From an uncultured Staphylococcaceae bacterium (GTDB lineage: Bacteria; Bacillota_I; Bacilli_A; RFN20; CAG-826), in NCBI GenBank assembly GCA_964438495.1, contig CAYTKX010000001.1, positions 1-44,711 of the forward strand: a stretch of DNA of 44,711 bases. The letters are read 5' to 3'. The notes under the pieces are model-generated. The model did no database searches and had not been told where the DNA came from. It worked only from the letters and a program-made list of their open reading frames with translations. Each line of letters starts with the position of its first letter. Position 1 is the stretch's first letter. This document shows positions 8,756-18,444 of the stretch, piece after piece. The position numbers and the translations under genes were made by a program.

Positions 8756-11071
8756 ATGAAAGATTTCGTTAAGTTATTAGAAAAATATGATTATCTTATT
8801 TGTGATTACGCCACTAAAAGTGAAATTTTAACATTGCGGAATGAGTTTCCGTGGCTAAAAATTAAGTTAGTGACCTTTAGCGAAGTAATTGCGATGTTTT
8901 TAGGTAAGCTTGATGAGGAAATTTTGATTGAATTAATCGCTAAATATGATTTTAATTTGGAACACGCAAAAATTATTCAAGAAAACTTAATCTTTCCCCA
9001 CAATAGTTTAATTAACAATAAAACGACTGAGCTAACTAGTTTGCGACGGCTCCTTATTAGTAGTGGATATATAACCCTTGATGAATATGCGTCTTTTGCC
9101 TTCAAAGATAAAAATGTATTAATTCTAGATTATTTGAAGGAACATTCTTTGCTTAAAGAACTTCTTTCTAACGCTGGCGCTAACATTAGTTATCTTAGTA
9201 AAGATTATAACTATAAACCTAAACTTTATGCTTTTAAATCTGATATTGAAGAGGTCTATTATGTTTTAAATAGTATTGCTGCTTTGTTAAATAAAGGCGT
9301 TTTAGCACAAAATATCGTTGTTTTGCGACCTGAAACAAGTTATTTAAACTTACTTTATAACTTAGCACCACAGTTTAATATAGCCTTCCAAAATGAAGGT
9401 AGACCACTTCTTTCTTTTCCAGAAGTTAAAGATATTATAAAGTCACTTGAGAATAACGAAGTGACAGTCAGTGAATTACTTGAGGATGGTGATAAAGAAG
9501 AATTATCACCAGTACTTATTACTTTTTATAATGCTCTTTCGACAATTGATTTTAATAAGTTACCAGAAAAGCATCACATTGAATATATTAAAAGTGTTTT
9601 AAATAGAACGAATTTTAGTGTTACGGTAAATGACGGAATTAAGATTGTTAATGAGTTTCCGCAATATGAATTTAAGGATAAGCACTACTTCTTTCTTGAT
9701 TTTTCACAAACTACAGCTCCAGTCGTACCGCGGGCTTCTCGCTTATTAACCGCTGAAGAAATAATATCGCTTGGGATGTTGCCGATTGAAAAAGAAGCTT
9801 TAATGAATGAAACGCAAATGGTAAAGGCTTTTAAAAATCTTAAAAACTTAACTTTAAGTTATTCCTATATTGCCAATAATGAAAAAAATGATGTCTCACC
9901 GCTTGCAAATGTTTTAGAACTAGAACAAGAACTAATTACGATGCCAACAAGCTTTTATAGTCAAGAGTATATTAACTATTTAACTGGGCTTTATAAAGAT
10001 CAATATCGTTACTACAGCATTATTAGTGATGAATTAAACTTATTAGAGCACGCAAATCCAAATAATAATGATTTTAAGAAGTTTGATTTCCGCTTCAAAG
10101 GGATTAATTATGAACATAAGTTACCACTGAAACTTTCGTTTTCAAGTTATGATGATTACGTTAACTTACCATTTGACTATTTTGCAAAATATATTTTAAA
10201 GATTGTCGAAGGTGGAAATTATGCACTTGACTACGGTAATTTTGTGCATAAGGTCTTAGAAGAAAGTATAGACGAAGAATCATTTGAACTTAATTTTCAC
10301 CACTACATTGATAAATATGATTTTACTGTCAAAGATAAGTTCTTTGTCATGCATCAAAAACCAATTGTTAAAGCAAACTTCTTCTTTTTACAAGATTACC
10401 TTTATAGGTCAAACCCAAAAGAAGTTATTAAAGAAGAATATATATCAATTCCCTTAAATGAAAATGTAGTAATTTCAGGAAAAGTAGATCGTATTCATCT
10501 CTATGAAAAAAATGATAAAAAGTATTTAGTTGTTTTTGATTATAAAACGGGAGAAGCCCATATGCGAACTACTGATATTGAAAAAGGGTTTGATTTTCAA
10601 CTCCCAATCTATAGTGTGCTTGCAAATAGTTATGAACGATTTAAAGATTATGAAACTGTTGGTTTAGCAATGAATAGCTTGAAATTAGGATCTTTTCTAT
10701 TCCAAGATGAAAATTATTTCAACACCATCATTGAAAAAGACCTGAAGTTTAAGGCATTACTTAAAAATGATGTGTCGGCCATGAGTGCTATTGATCCAAC
10801 ATATACGCAGAGTGAATTTTATAGTGGATTAAAATTGCTAAAAAGCGGTTCACTCCCCAAAGAAAAGGGAAAAATTCCGTTTGAAGAACTAAAAGAATTC
10901 GCCGAAACAAAAATCAATGAAGTTGCAACGCGTATTCTCGCTAATGATTTTATTGTTGAAAAAACTTATATTACCGAAAAACGTAAAAGTGGTATGTATT
11001 CTAAATATGTAAATATTAGTTATATCAATAGTGGAGTTTTTGAAAGTGACGAAGGAGAAGATGATGAGTAA
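8756..11071 (+). CDS. addB: Helicase-nuclease complex subunit B, RexB type (PD-(D/E)XK nuclease; inactive helicase-like N-terminus)
   Basis: It sits immediately upstream of addA and overlaps it. The C-terminal nuclease motifs are GKVDRIHL...VVFDYKTGE...QLPIYSVL. I see no Walker A and only one Cys. I set the start at ATG 8756 (MKDFVKLL); the GTG at 8717 in the track lies upstream of the -10 box. Confidence 0.75.
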   Translation: MKDFVKLLEKYDYLICDYATKSEILTLRNEFPWLKIKLVTFSEVIAMFLGKLDEEILIELIAKYDFNLEHAKIIQENLIFPHNSLINNKTTELTSLRRLLISSGYITLDEYASFAFKDKNVLILDYLKEHSLLKELLSNAGANISYLSKDYNYKPKLYAFKSDIEEVYYVLNSIAALLNKGVLAQNIVVLRPETSYLNLLYNLAPQFNIAFQNEGRPLLSFPEVKDIIKSLENNEVTVSELLEDGDKEELSPVLITFYNALSTIDFNKLPEKHHIEYIKSVLNRTNFSVTVNDGIKIVNEFPQYEFKDKHYFFLDFSQTTAPVVPRASRLLTAEEIISLGMLPIEKEALMNETQMVKAFKNLKNLTLSYSYIANNEKNDVSPLANVLELEQELITMPTSFYSQEYINYLTGLYKDQYRYYSIISDELNLLEHANPNNNDFKKFDFRFKGINYEHKLPLKLSFSSYDDYVNLPFDYFAKYILKIVEGGNYALDYGNFVHKVLEESIDEESFELNFHHYIDKYDFTVKDKFFVMHQKPIVKANFFFLQDYLYRSNPKEVIKEEYISIPLNENVVISGKVDRIHLYEKNDKKYLVVFDYKTGEAHMRTTDIEKGFDFQLPIYSVLANSYERFKDYETVGLAMNSLKLGSFLFQDENYFNTIIEKDLKFKALLKNDVSAMSAIDPTYTQSEFYSGLKLLKSGSLPKEKGKIPFEELKEFAETKINEVATRILANDFIVEKTYITEKRKSGMYSKYVNISYINSGVFESDEGEDDE

Positions 11072-14000
11072 GAAAGGTTTTACTTGGAGCCCTAAACAGC
11101 TAGAAGCTTTATCGCTTGATAAAGTAAATATGCTCGTTTCAGCTGGTGCTGGTAGCGGTAAAACCGCCGTTTTAACCGAGCGTGTTATCCGGATTATTAA
11201 AGATAAGAATGTTCCACTAGAATCAATACTTGTATTAACCTTTACTGATCTTGGGGCTAAAGAATTTCGCGACCGTATTAAAAAAGAATTGAGTAAAGAT
11301 CCCGCCTTAGCGCCTAAAGTTTACGCAGTGGATAACGCTGACATTATGACGTTTGATGCCTATGCTTTAAAACTTTTAAAGAGTTATGGCTACCGCTTAA
11401 ACTTTAAAACCGACATTGTTAACATTGATGAATCAATTGAAGCCATTTTCATTAAAGAAGCGTTTGATGCTCTATTACTTGAAGAATATGAAAACCCTTC
11501 TCTAGCGTTTAATGATATCGCAAAACGATTCTTAGTGAAAGACGATAAAGTACTTTTTGAGATGGTCACTAACATTTTAAAAGCCGCAAATCTTACGCTT
11601 AACCCACCAAAATTTTTAAGAGATTTTATAGATAACAACTACACACTTGATAACTTTAATTTTTTAGTAAAAGAGCTTGATCATTATGTTATATATTTGT
11701 TACGAAATATTGCTTCTCAAGTTAAGCAATTAAGTGATGAAAAACACGTTGAAAGATATAATGAGTTTTTAGAGGAGTTTGGCACAGTCCTCACCTTTGA
11801 GCACTATATGAGTCGTAAAGAAAAATTAAAGAAACCTCGCGTTCCTAACAAAAGTTTTGAAAACTTTCCCGAAGACGAATCAATTGGAAAGACGCTTAAA
11901 AGCCTATATGACAAATTGGATCGTCTTGAATACCTTATTTCTGTTAGTAATATGTACACAATTTTCAGTAAAGAGCGTGAATATGCAAAGTTTTTATTGG
12001 ATTTAGTGGCAAAGATATATGACATTGTTAAAGCACGAAAAGAAGCAATGAATGCCTTCACCTTTAGTGATGTCGCTCGTAATGCATATGCCCTTATCTC
12101 TTTACCGGACATTCAAAAAGAACTACAAAACAAATATGAATACATCCTTGTTGATGAGTATCAAGATACAAGTGATATCCAAGAAGATTTCTTACAACAA
12201 ATTGTCGATAATAACATGTATATGGTGGGCGATATTAAACAAAGTATCTATGCTTTTAGAAACGCTAATGTGTACATCTTTAAAGATAAATACACAAACT
12301 TTTCTAAAGGAATTGGTGGAAGGTTAATTGACTTAAATGATAACTATCGTTCTCGCAGTGAAGTTTTAACTTCGATTAACGACATTCTTAGTGAAATCAT
12401 GACCGAAGAATATGGCGGCGCTAAATATAAGCAAGAACACGTCATTGGTTATGGAAACAAAAAGTACGATGAAAACTTTGTGCTTGGTCAAGATGTTGGC
12501 CTTAAAGTTATTAATTATTCCTTAGATGATATTAACGAAGCGCTTGAAAATAGTGATGGAACAGAAAGTGTTAAATTAACTGAAGGCGAAATAGAAGCCC
12601 AAATTATCATTAAAGACATTCAAGAGCGCATTAGTCGCGGCGAACAAGTTTATGACGCAGATGACAAAAAAATGCGCCCAGCGAAATATAAAGATTTTGC
12701 AATACTTGTTTCACGAAAGAATGAGTTTCCGACTATTGAAAAGACTTTCTTAGATGCCGGAATCCCGATTTTTGTCGATGATGATAAAACTGATAGAAGC
12801 GACGTAGTTTTTATTGCGCTAGTTGCCCTTCTTCAAATATATGTTTCTTACACTAAAGAAGATTATCCAAATACTTATGAATACCGTTTCGCGGTCGCAA
12901 GTTTTCTAAGGTCGTTCGTAAATAATTATAGTGATCAACAACTTCTTGATTTAATGGGTTATGATAACACTGATTTTTCTAGTGACCCACTTCTGCAAAA
13001 GATTAAGCATATCGCTAAGACAATGCAAGATTACCCAGCGCAAGATATAATTGATACGCTTGTGAAAACATTTGATTTATACGGGGCGATTTACTATTTA
13101 GGTGATGTCGCACAAAATACAATGAAATTAACTGGGAAATTAACCCAAATTGAAAACTTAGCAAAGCTTGGGCTTAATGTTGAAGAAATTCTTAATGTTA
13201 TGCAATTTGAGAACGCTGATGATAAAGATATTTCCTTAAGACGTCCGCGTACAGTGGATAATGCGGTTACTTTAATGACGATTTATCGTTCTAAAGGTTT
13301 AGAATTTCCAATTGTTTATTACATTGATTTAAAACATAACTATTACACTGTTGAAAGAAGAACAAAGTTTAAAATTGTTGCCCCTTATGGTATTTCATTT
13401 CCAAATGTAAAAGAAAAACCAAGCCTAAACAGCGTCATCAGTGAAACGAAGAAGTTTAAGGAGATACTTTCCGAACGGATTAGGCTCCTTTATGTTGCCT
13501 TAACGAGAGCGCGGGAATTAATGGTAGTTATTCACGATTTAGATAAAGAAAAAGATTTAAACGAGATTCCTTTTGCAGATTTAAAAAACTTTAAAGAAAT
13601 ATTATTGCAATCTCCCACTTATCGTGAACATTTAGAAATAATTGATTTTACGCCACTTAATTTGCAAAAAGCTAAGGAAAAACTTAAACCTTCAAGTAAA
13701 AATAAGATTATTATTAATACCCCAACCTATTCCTTTAAGGAAACAAAAACTGAGGTTAAACTAAAAGAAAAGTTTGATGTACCACCGCACATTTTAAAGA
13801 TGGGTACATTATTACACCGCCAAATTGAACTTTATGACTTTAAAACAAAAAAGCTTGATTATATTGATAATAGAGAACACCGGGACCACATTAAAAAGAT
13901 CTTTACACTTCCATTATTTGTGAATGCTACAAATGAGAATGTATATCGTGAATATTCTTATATAGATGAAGCCACTAATGAAACATATGTTATTGACTTT

Positions 14001-14189
14001 TTCATCCTTGGGGCGCGCACTATTACTTTAATTGACTTTAAACTTTTAAATATTGATGTTGAAGAATATGACTTACAAGTGAAAAGATATGCAAAACACT
14101 TACAAAAAGTGTTTAATAAGAATGTTGATGCTTATTTATTAAGTATAATTAATAAAAACTGGCGAAAGGTAGAAGTGAATGGCGAATAA
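11061..14189 (+). CDS. addA: ATP-dependent helicase/nuclease subunit A (UvrD-like helicase plus C-terminal nuclease)
   Basis: Walker A GAGSGKTAVLTER, VDEYQDT, YRSKGLEF, VALTRARE, and C-terminal nuclease-like HRQIE...VIDFF...LIDFK...Y..Q. The start is ATG 11061/11064, after GAAGGAGAAG. It overlaps the addB stop. Confidence 0.9.
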   Translation: MMSKKGFTWSPKQLEALSLDKVNMLVSAGAGSGKTAVLTERVIRIIKDKNVPLESILVLTFTDLGAKEFRDRIKKELSKDPALAPKVYAVDNADIMTFDAYALKLLKSYGYRLNFKTDIVNIDESIEAIFIKEAFDALLLEEYENPSLAFNDIAKRFLVKDDKVLFEMVTNILKAANLTLNPPKFLRDFIDNNYTLDNFNFLVKELDHYVIYLLRNIASQVKQLSDEKHVERYNEFLEEFGTVLTFEHYMSRKEKLKKPRVPNKSFENFPEDESIGKTLKSLYDKLDRLEYLISVSNMYTIFSKEREYAKFLLDLVAKIYDIVKARKEAMNAFTFSDVARNAYALISLPDIQKELQNKYEYILVDEYQDTSDIQEDFLQQIVDNNMYMVGDIKQSIYAFRNANVYIFKDKYTNFSKGIGGRLIDLNDNYRSRSEVLTSINDILSEIMTEEYGGAKYKQEHVIGYGNKKYDENFVLGQDVGLKVINYSLDDINEALENSDGTESVKLTEGEIEAQIIIKDIQERISRGEQVYDADDKKMRPAKYKDFAILVSRKNEFPTIEKTFLDAGIPIFVDDDKTDRSDVVFIALVALLQIYVSYTKEDYPNTYEYRFAVASFLRSFVNNYSDQQLLDLMGYDNTDFSSDPLLQKIKHIAKTMQDYPAQDIIDTLVKTFDLYGAIYYLGDVAQNTMKLTGKLTQIENLAKLGLNVEEILNVMQFENADDKDISLRRPRTVDNAVTLMTIYRSKGLEFPIVYYIDLKHNYYTVERRTKFKIVAPYGISFPNVKEKPSLNSVISETKKFKEILSERIRLLYVALTRARELMVVIHDLDKEKDLNEIPFADLKNFKEILLQSPTYREHLEIIDFTPLNLQKAKEKLKPSSKNKIIINTPTYSFKETKTEVKLKEKFDVPPHILKMGTLLHRQIELYDFKTKKLDYIDNREHRDHIKKIFTLPLFVNATNENVYREYSYIDEATNETYVIDFFILGARTITLIDFKLLNIDVEEYDLQVKRYAKHLQKVFNKNVDAYLLSIINKNWRKVEVNGE

Positions 14190-15270
14190 AATAGAACACC
14201 GTCCCATAGATTATAGTGATTTCATGAAAATCCTTAACTTTTACGGACTTAAAGACCGTGATGATTTTGATTTAATGTATGAAATTTATGAACACATTAT
14301 TATGACGGCCAATATTCATCAAAAAACATTCTCTGCCCTTCCGAGTGCCCCGTTAGAACATCCTCGTTTAATCTTATTTTTAATTAATGATTATATGTAT
14401 CGCTTTGCTAATATGACAAAAGAAGAAATAAGTGCAGCGCTGGATGACGAATTATTTTACGCCAAAGTCATTAATGTTATTATCGATAAATATGGTGGCG
14501 AATCATATTTTAAATATGATCAAGGTAGTTTTTTAAATCGTTATTCGATGGAAATATCAACACTTAATGTTTATATAAACTTTATTTTACTAAAATTACG
14601 GCAGCTACAAGAAAATAGTGGCCCCGATAAGTTGTATCTTGATTTACTTAAAAGTGCCTTTTCCCTGTGCCAGACGATTATTGAACTGCTCGTCCATGGT
14701 TTTGAAAGAGATGCTTTAAGCTCATGGCGGTCGTTACATGAACTCGAAGCTGCGCTTGTCTTACTTGAAGATCAAAAACTTATTGGTCATTATCAGCAAC
14801 ATATTATTTATAACGCCGCCTTTAATAAACTCTTAGCGAAAGAAGAAGCAGATGAAGTCTTTGTTTTACTTAAAAAAGATTTAAAAGACCGGGGACTAAA
14901 AAGTAAAGATATGCGACGCTTTATTGAGTATGGATGGATTAGTTATCATGAAGATTTTGATCCTAATATTCATAAATTTAATTTCCGTGATGGCGTGGAA
15001 ACACTTGCAAAACTTACCGATTCGCGTGAAACATATCAAGTCGCGAGTGAAGTGGCGCACAGTTCCCCTATTATGCTTTTCACTAACCGTCGCTATTTCT
15101 TAAAACTAACACTTATTCATCTATATCGTTCATTTATTTTAATTGAAAATCTATTTGCGAATAATTATATTTCCCGCAGTGATCCGATGGAAAAAGAACT
15201 ATATTTAGCGATTCGAAAATTTTACCTTGAAGATATAAACTTTGTGTACAATCAAACATTAGAAATATAA
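14179..15270 (+). CDS. Hypothetical helical protein, distant paralog of 30956-32029 (possibly DUF5677-like; unverified)
   Basis: ATG 14179 lies inside the last codons of addA (gtgaATGGCGAATAA), an 11-nt overlap. It shares a colinear motif series with the 357-aa protein at 30956-32029: DA...WRSL.E....L.LLE, then GW, then VH. A bidirectional terminator follows. Confidence 0.6.
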   Translation: MANKIEHRPIDYSDFMKILNFYGLKDRDDFDLMYEIYEHIIMTANIHQKTFSALPSAPLEHPRLILFLINDYMYRFANMTKEEISAALDDELFYAKVINVIIDKYGGESYFKYDQGSFLNRYSMEISTLNVYINFILLKLRQLQENSGPDKLYLDLLKSAFSLCQTIIELLVHGFERDALSSWRSLHELEAALVLLEDQKLIGHYQQHIIYNAAFNKLLAKEEADEVFVLLKKDLKDRGLKSKDMRRFIEYGWISYHEDFDPNIHKFNFRDGVETLAKLTDSRETYQVASEVAHSSPIMLFTNRRYFLKLTLIHLYRSFILIENLFANNYISRSDPMEKELYLAIRKFYLEDINFVYNQTLEI

Positions 15271-15275
15271 AAAAA

Positions 15276-15302
15276 GCCTACTTAACTTAAAGTAGGCCTT
15301 TT
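15276..15302. terminator. Bidirectional Rho-independent terminator between convergent genes
   Basis: GCCTACTT (15276-15283), a 6-nt loop, then AAGTAGGC (15290-15297). It is flanked by an A-run upstream and CTTTT downstream. Confidence 0.75.
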
Positions 15303-15318
15303 AATAATTTTTAATCTA

Positions 15319-16977
15319 TTATACGTCGTGGAAGCAACTACCGCCGATAAATTCACGGAGTAAGGAGTTACTTGGTACCCATTCTTCATCCATGTCAAGG
15401 AAGTATTTTAACATCCGAATTAACCGTTCGGCTAAGGGGAAAAATTCACTCTTATAATCAAATTCTTGAAGTAGTGGTAATGCATGTTTTTTCATGACCG
15501 CTAATTCGTAAGATAATAAGGAATTGTAGACGTAATCTGCTTCTTCCTGGGTGTCATAAATCCATTTAAATTCACCCGCGCGGACACTTGGCCACATGTT
15601 CATTGTTTCTTGGGCACTCGCGTTGCGATATTTATTATCACGGACAATACGGCGTAATAAACGTAAGTCAGTTAAGCTAATTGGGTTATGATCATCAATA
15701 TTAATTTGTGCTTGTGGTGAAATATAAATCTTATATTTTTGATGCTTTGGAATATAGCTTGTAAGTTGTTCGTTTAAAGCATGAATTCCTTCAATAATAA
15801 TAGGTTGATTTGCTTTAACTTGAAGTTTACGTCCCGGCACTCTTTTACCGATTTTAAAGTCGAATTTTGGTAATTGAACTTCTTCACCGTTAATTAAGTC
15901 AAGCATATTTTGGTTGAATAATTCAATGTCGAGCGCATAGATTGATTCTAAGTCAAAGTTGCCATTTTCATCACGGGGCGCTAGTTCACGGGGTAAATAG
16001 TAATCATCGATTGATAAACGAATAGCGTTTAATCCTCGACTCATAAGTTCAGTGCGTAAGCGGTTAGCAAATGTTGTTTTACCAGAACTACTTGGTCCCG
16101 CAATACAAATTAAACGAATGTCATCACTATCTTCCATGATGCGTTGGCCAAGTTCACTTAACATTTGATAATGTTTTGCTTCTGCTAAGTTAATTAAGTC
16201 AACAATTTGCCCTTTTTCGATGTAAGAGTTAATGTGCGCGACACTGTCAAGGTTTGTAAGCTTCGCCCAGTTATGACTTGCTTTAAGGGCTTTACCAAAC
16301 ATGGGGGCATCTTTAAATTCTGGGATTTCGCCTTTTGTTTCGCTGCGTGGATATTGTAAAAGCATCCCTGGTGAATAAGGACGAATTAAGAAACTCTTTA
16401 AATAACCAGTACTTGGGACCATATAACCATACATATAGTTTTGGTATCCATCACATTCGTAAACGTGTACTTTTGGTTCTGGCCGATATTGTAAGATTTC
16501 TAATTTATCGTTATAGCCTAGTTTTTCATAAAGTTCATAAGCTTCGGCGATTGTAATTTTGCTGCGATTAAGTTTTAAGTCAGCGTCTACAATTGCCCGC
16601 ATTTCTTTTTGTAGTTTTTCAACGAGTAAACGATCGACAGTCACCCCTTTATTTGTAACTTGAATAAAGATGGAACGTGAAACGTTATAAGAAAAACGCA
16701 CATTAAGTTCAGGGCGAATTCTTTTCATTGCCATCGCGGCAACAAAGCGTAAAGACGTTTGATAAATCCGAATGCCTTCGCTATCATCAAGCGATCTAAC
16801 TTCTAAGGTGGCGTCTTCCGTTAACATATACGTTAATTCACGGACACGGCCATTGACTAATACACAAATATAGTCACGGTTGGGGCCGACAACATCGAGA
16901 ACACTTGTCGGGGTGTTATGTGTGGTTGTTTTGTTGTTAAAAGTAACCTTAAAACTTCCTTGTTTCTTTTTTTCCAT
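15319..16977 (-). CDS. Uridine/cytidine kinase-like protein with N-terminal TGS/ThrRS-like domains
   Basis: P-loop GPSSSGKTT followed by a uridine-kinase-like core (IIIEGIHALN, LRLLRRIVRD..R). The N-terminal ~270 aa resembles the TGS plus second-additional domains of ThrRS. I set the start at ATG 16977 (MEKKKQ), 7 nt after AAGGAG. Confidence 0.75.
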   Translation of the reverse strand: MEKKKQGSFKVTFNNKTTTHNTPTSVLDVVGPNRDYICVLVNGRVRELTYMLTEDATLEVRSLDDSEGIRIYQTSLRFVAAMAMKRIRPELNVRFSYNVSRSIFIQVTNKGVTVDRLLVEKLQKEMRAIVDADLKLNRSKITIAEAYELYEKLGYNDKLEILQYRPEPKVHVYECDGYQNYMYGYMVPSTGYLKSFLIRPYSPGMLLQYPRSETKGEIPEFKDAPMFGKALKASHNWAKLTNLDSVAHINSYIEKGQIVDLINLAEAKHYQMLSELGQRIMEDSDDIRLICIAGPSSSGKTTFANRLRTELMSRGLNAIRLSIDDYYLPRELAPRDENGNFDLESIYALDIELFNQNMLDLINGEEVQLPKFDFKIGKRVPGRKLQVKANQPIIIEGIHALNEQLTSYIPKHQKYKIYISPQAQINIDDHNPISLTDLRLLRRIVRDNKYRNASAQETMNMWPSVRAGEFKWIYDTQEEADYVYNSLLSYELAVMKKHALPLLQEFDYKSEFFPLAERLIRMLKYFLDMDEEWVPSNSLLREFIGGSCFHDV

Positions 16978-17016
16978 AAAAACTCCTTTATCAATGGACA
17001 TTAAATACTTGAGAAT

Positions 17017-17045
17017 ATTATATACAAGAAATGTTCTTTTGCCAA
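17017..17045 (-). promoter_or_regulatory. Sigma-70-type promoter for the kinase-like gene
   Basis: On the minus strand: TTGGCA (rc of 17040-17045), a 17-nt spacer, then TATAAT (rc of 17017-17022). It lies ~40 nt upstream of the ATG, and an SD is present. Confidence 0.5.
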
Positions 17046-17070
17046 AGATTAATACATCAATCGCTTGTAA

Positions 17071-17832
17071 CTATTTAAAATAATTAATAAATGTTGTACG
17101 CGCTTCACTTAATTCTTCTTCGCTAAGGTTTAAAAGATTAGTAGAAGTTGTTTCTTTCCCATATTTGATAAAGAGGGTATTTTCACTTTCACTGTCGTTA
17201 GTGATATAAATGTTGCGGTTTTTCTCACTAAAGAGCGGATAAAAATGGGTGTTTACTATTTCCTGAGCTTCAACATTAAGGAAGTTATAATTAAAAGTTA
17301 CATATTTATAAGGATATTTGATCGATGACTCATTCATATTTATATGCACATAATTTTGTGTATAAACATACTTTTTAAATAAGTTAACGACATTAACCGT
17401 TGTTTTTAAATTTCCGCTCCCGACTTCACGATGGATAACTTTACCTTCTTTAATAAATAGAAAAGTAGGGGTTGCTCTTAAATCTAATTCTTCAAGGAAA
17501 TAACCATAGTTTTCTTGATAAGTAGCGGTTTGACTATTTAAATAATATATTTCGATTTTGCTACTTTCAATGTATTCAAGTAAGTGCGGCATTAACGCTA
17601 TACAATGACTGCAACGCGGACTACCAGCGTAGAGAATAAAACTTTTCTTACTCGCTAAGAAGCTTTTTGTTAGCTCATACGTTAACGGAATAAAGGCATT
17701 TTCTTCATTAAAAGTTTCATTCGTAATCGTGGGGATAAGAATTTTATTTTCATTATTTGGGCCACAACCCGCTAATGTTGCTAATAATGCGCTTCCAATT
17801 AGTAATATTTGTAATTTTTTTCCTGTTTTCAT
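17071..17832 (-). CDS. Thioredoxin-fold lipoprotein (CxxC = CSHC)
   Basis: Signal peptide with a lipobox, MKTGKKLQILLIGSALLATLAGC. It has a CSHC motif in the context YAGSPRCSHCIALMP and TPTFLFIKEGK (cis-Pro-like). The start is ambiguous: ATG 17832, or ATG 17850 (MWFNYN...), which has TATACT 8 nt upstream. Confidence 0.7.
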   Translation of the reverse strand: MKTGKKLQILLIGSALLATLAGCGPNNENKILIPTITNETFNEENAFIPLTYELTKSFLASKKSFILYAGSPRCSHCIALMPHLLEYIESSKIEIYYLNSQTATYQENYGYFLEELDLRATPTFLFIKEGKVIHREVGSGNLKTTVNVVNLFKKYVYTQNYVHINMNESSIKYPYKYVTFNYNFLNVEAQEIVNTHFYPLFSEKNRNIYITNDSESENTLFIKYGKETTSTNLLNLSEEELSEARTTFINYFK

Positions 17833-17898
17833 ATTATAATTAAACCACATCTAGAAATAGTATACAATTTTGTAGCCTATTACATTTAAGGAGTTATT

Positions 17899-18444
17899 AT
17901 GAATATTTGGCATGACATGAATCCCGAGCGGATTACAAGTGAACGCTTTGATGCGGTCGTTGAAATAAGCCGGGGACAACAATCAAAGTATGAGTTAGAT
18001 AAAGAAACAGGTTTAATTAGATTAGACCGTGTTCTTTATACTTCAACCCACTACCCCCAAAACTATGGATTTATTCCACGTACCTATGCGGGTGACAACG
18101 ACCCGTTAGACGTACTTATTTTATGTAGTCAACCGTTAGTTCCGATGACGATTGTTACTTGTATCCCGATTGGGGCCGTTAAAATGATTGATAGCGGAGA
18201 AGTTGATGAAAAAATTATCGCCATCGCCGCCAACGATCCAACATACTCATCTTACGAATCAATTGAAGAAATTCCCGCGCACGTTTTCCAAGAAATTCGC
18301 CATTTCTTCCAAGTGTATAAAACGCTTGAAGGTAAAGAAACGGTCGTTCACCACATTCAAGATCGCGACCGCGCTATTAAAATGATTGAAAACGCTGTAG
18401 AAAAATATAATAGTTATTATAAGGACGGTAAACGTATCGTTTAA
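17899..18444 (+). CDS. ppa: Inorganic pyrophosphatase (family I)
   Basis: EISRG...KYE.D, DGDPLDVL-like (AGDNDPLDVLIL), and ~180-aa length. AAGGAG lies upstream. Confidence 0.9.
   Translation: MNIWHDMNPERITSERFDAVVEISRGQQSKYELDKETGLIRLDRVLYTSTHYPQNYGFIPRTYAGDNDPLDVLILCSQPLVPMTIVTCIPIGAVKMIDSGEVDEKIIAIAANDPTYSSYESIEEIPAHVFQEIRHFFQVYKTLEGKETVVHHIQDRDRAIKMIENAVEKYNSYYKDGKRIV

Noticed and set aside
11390-12327. Three short ORFs (11390-11638 minus, 11804-12112 minus, 12052-12327 plus) within addA.
   Set aside because: They are embedded in or antisense to a 1050-aa gene with unmistakable UvrD-helicase motifs. They have no independent start signals.
16335-17083. Plus-strand ORFs 16335-16556 and 16880-17083.
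   Set aside because: They are antisense to the kinase-like gene and its promoter region. The second spans the minus-strand promoter and has no SD.
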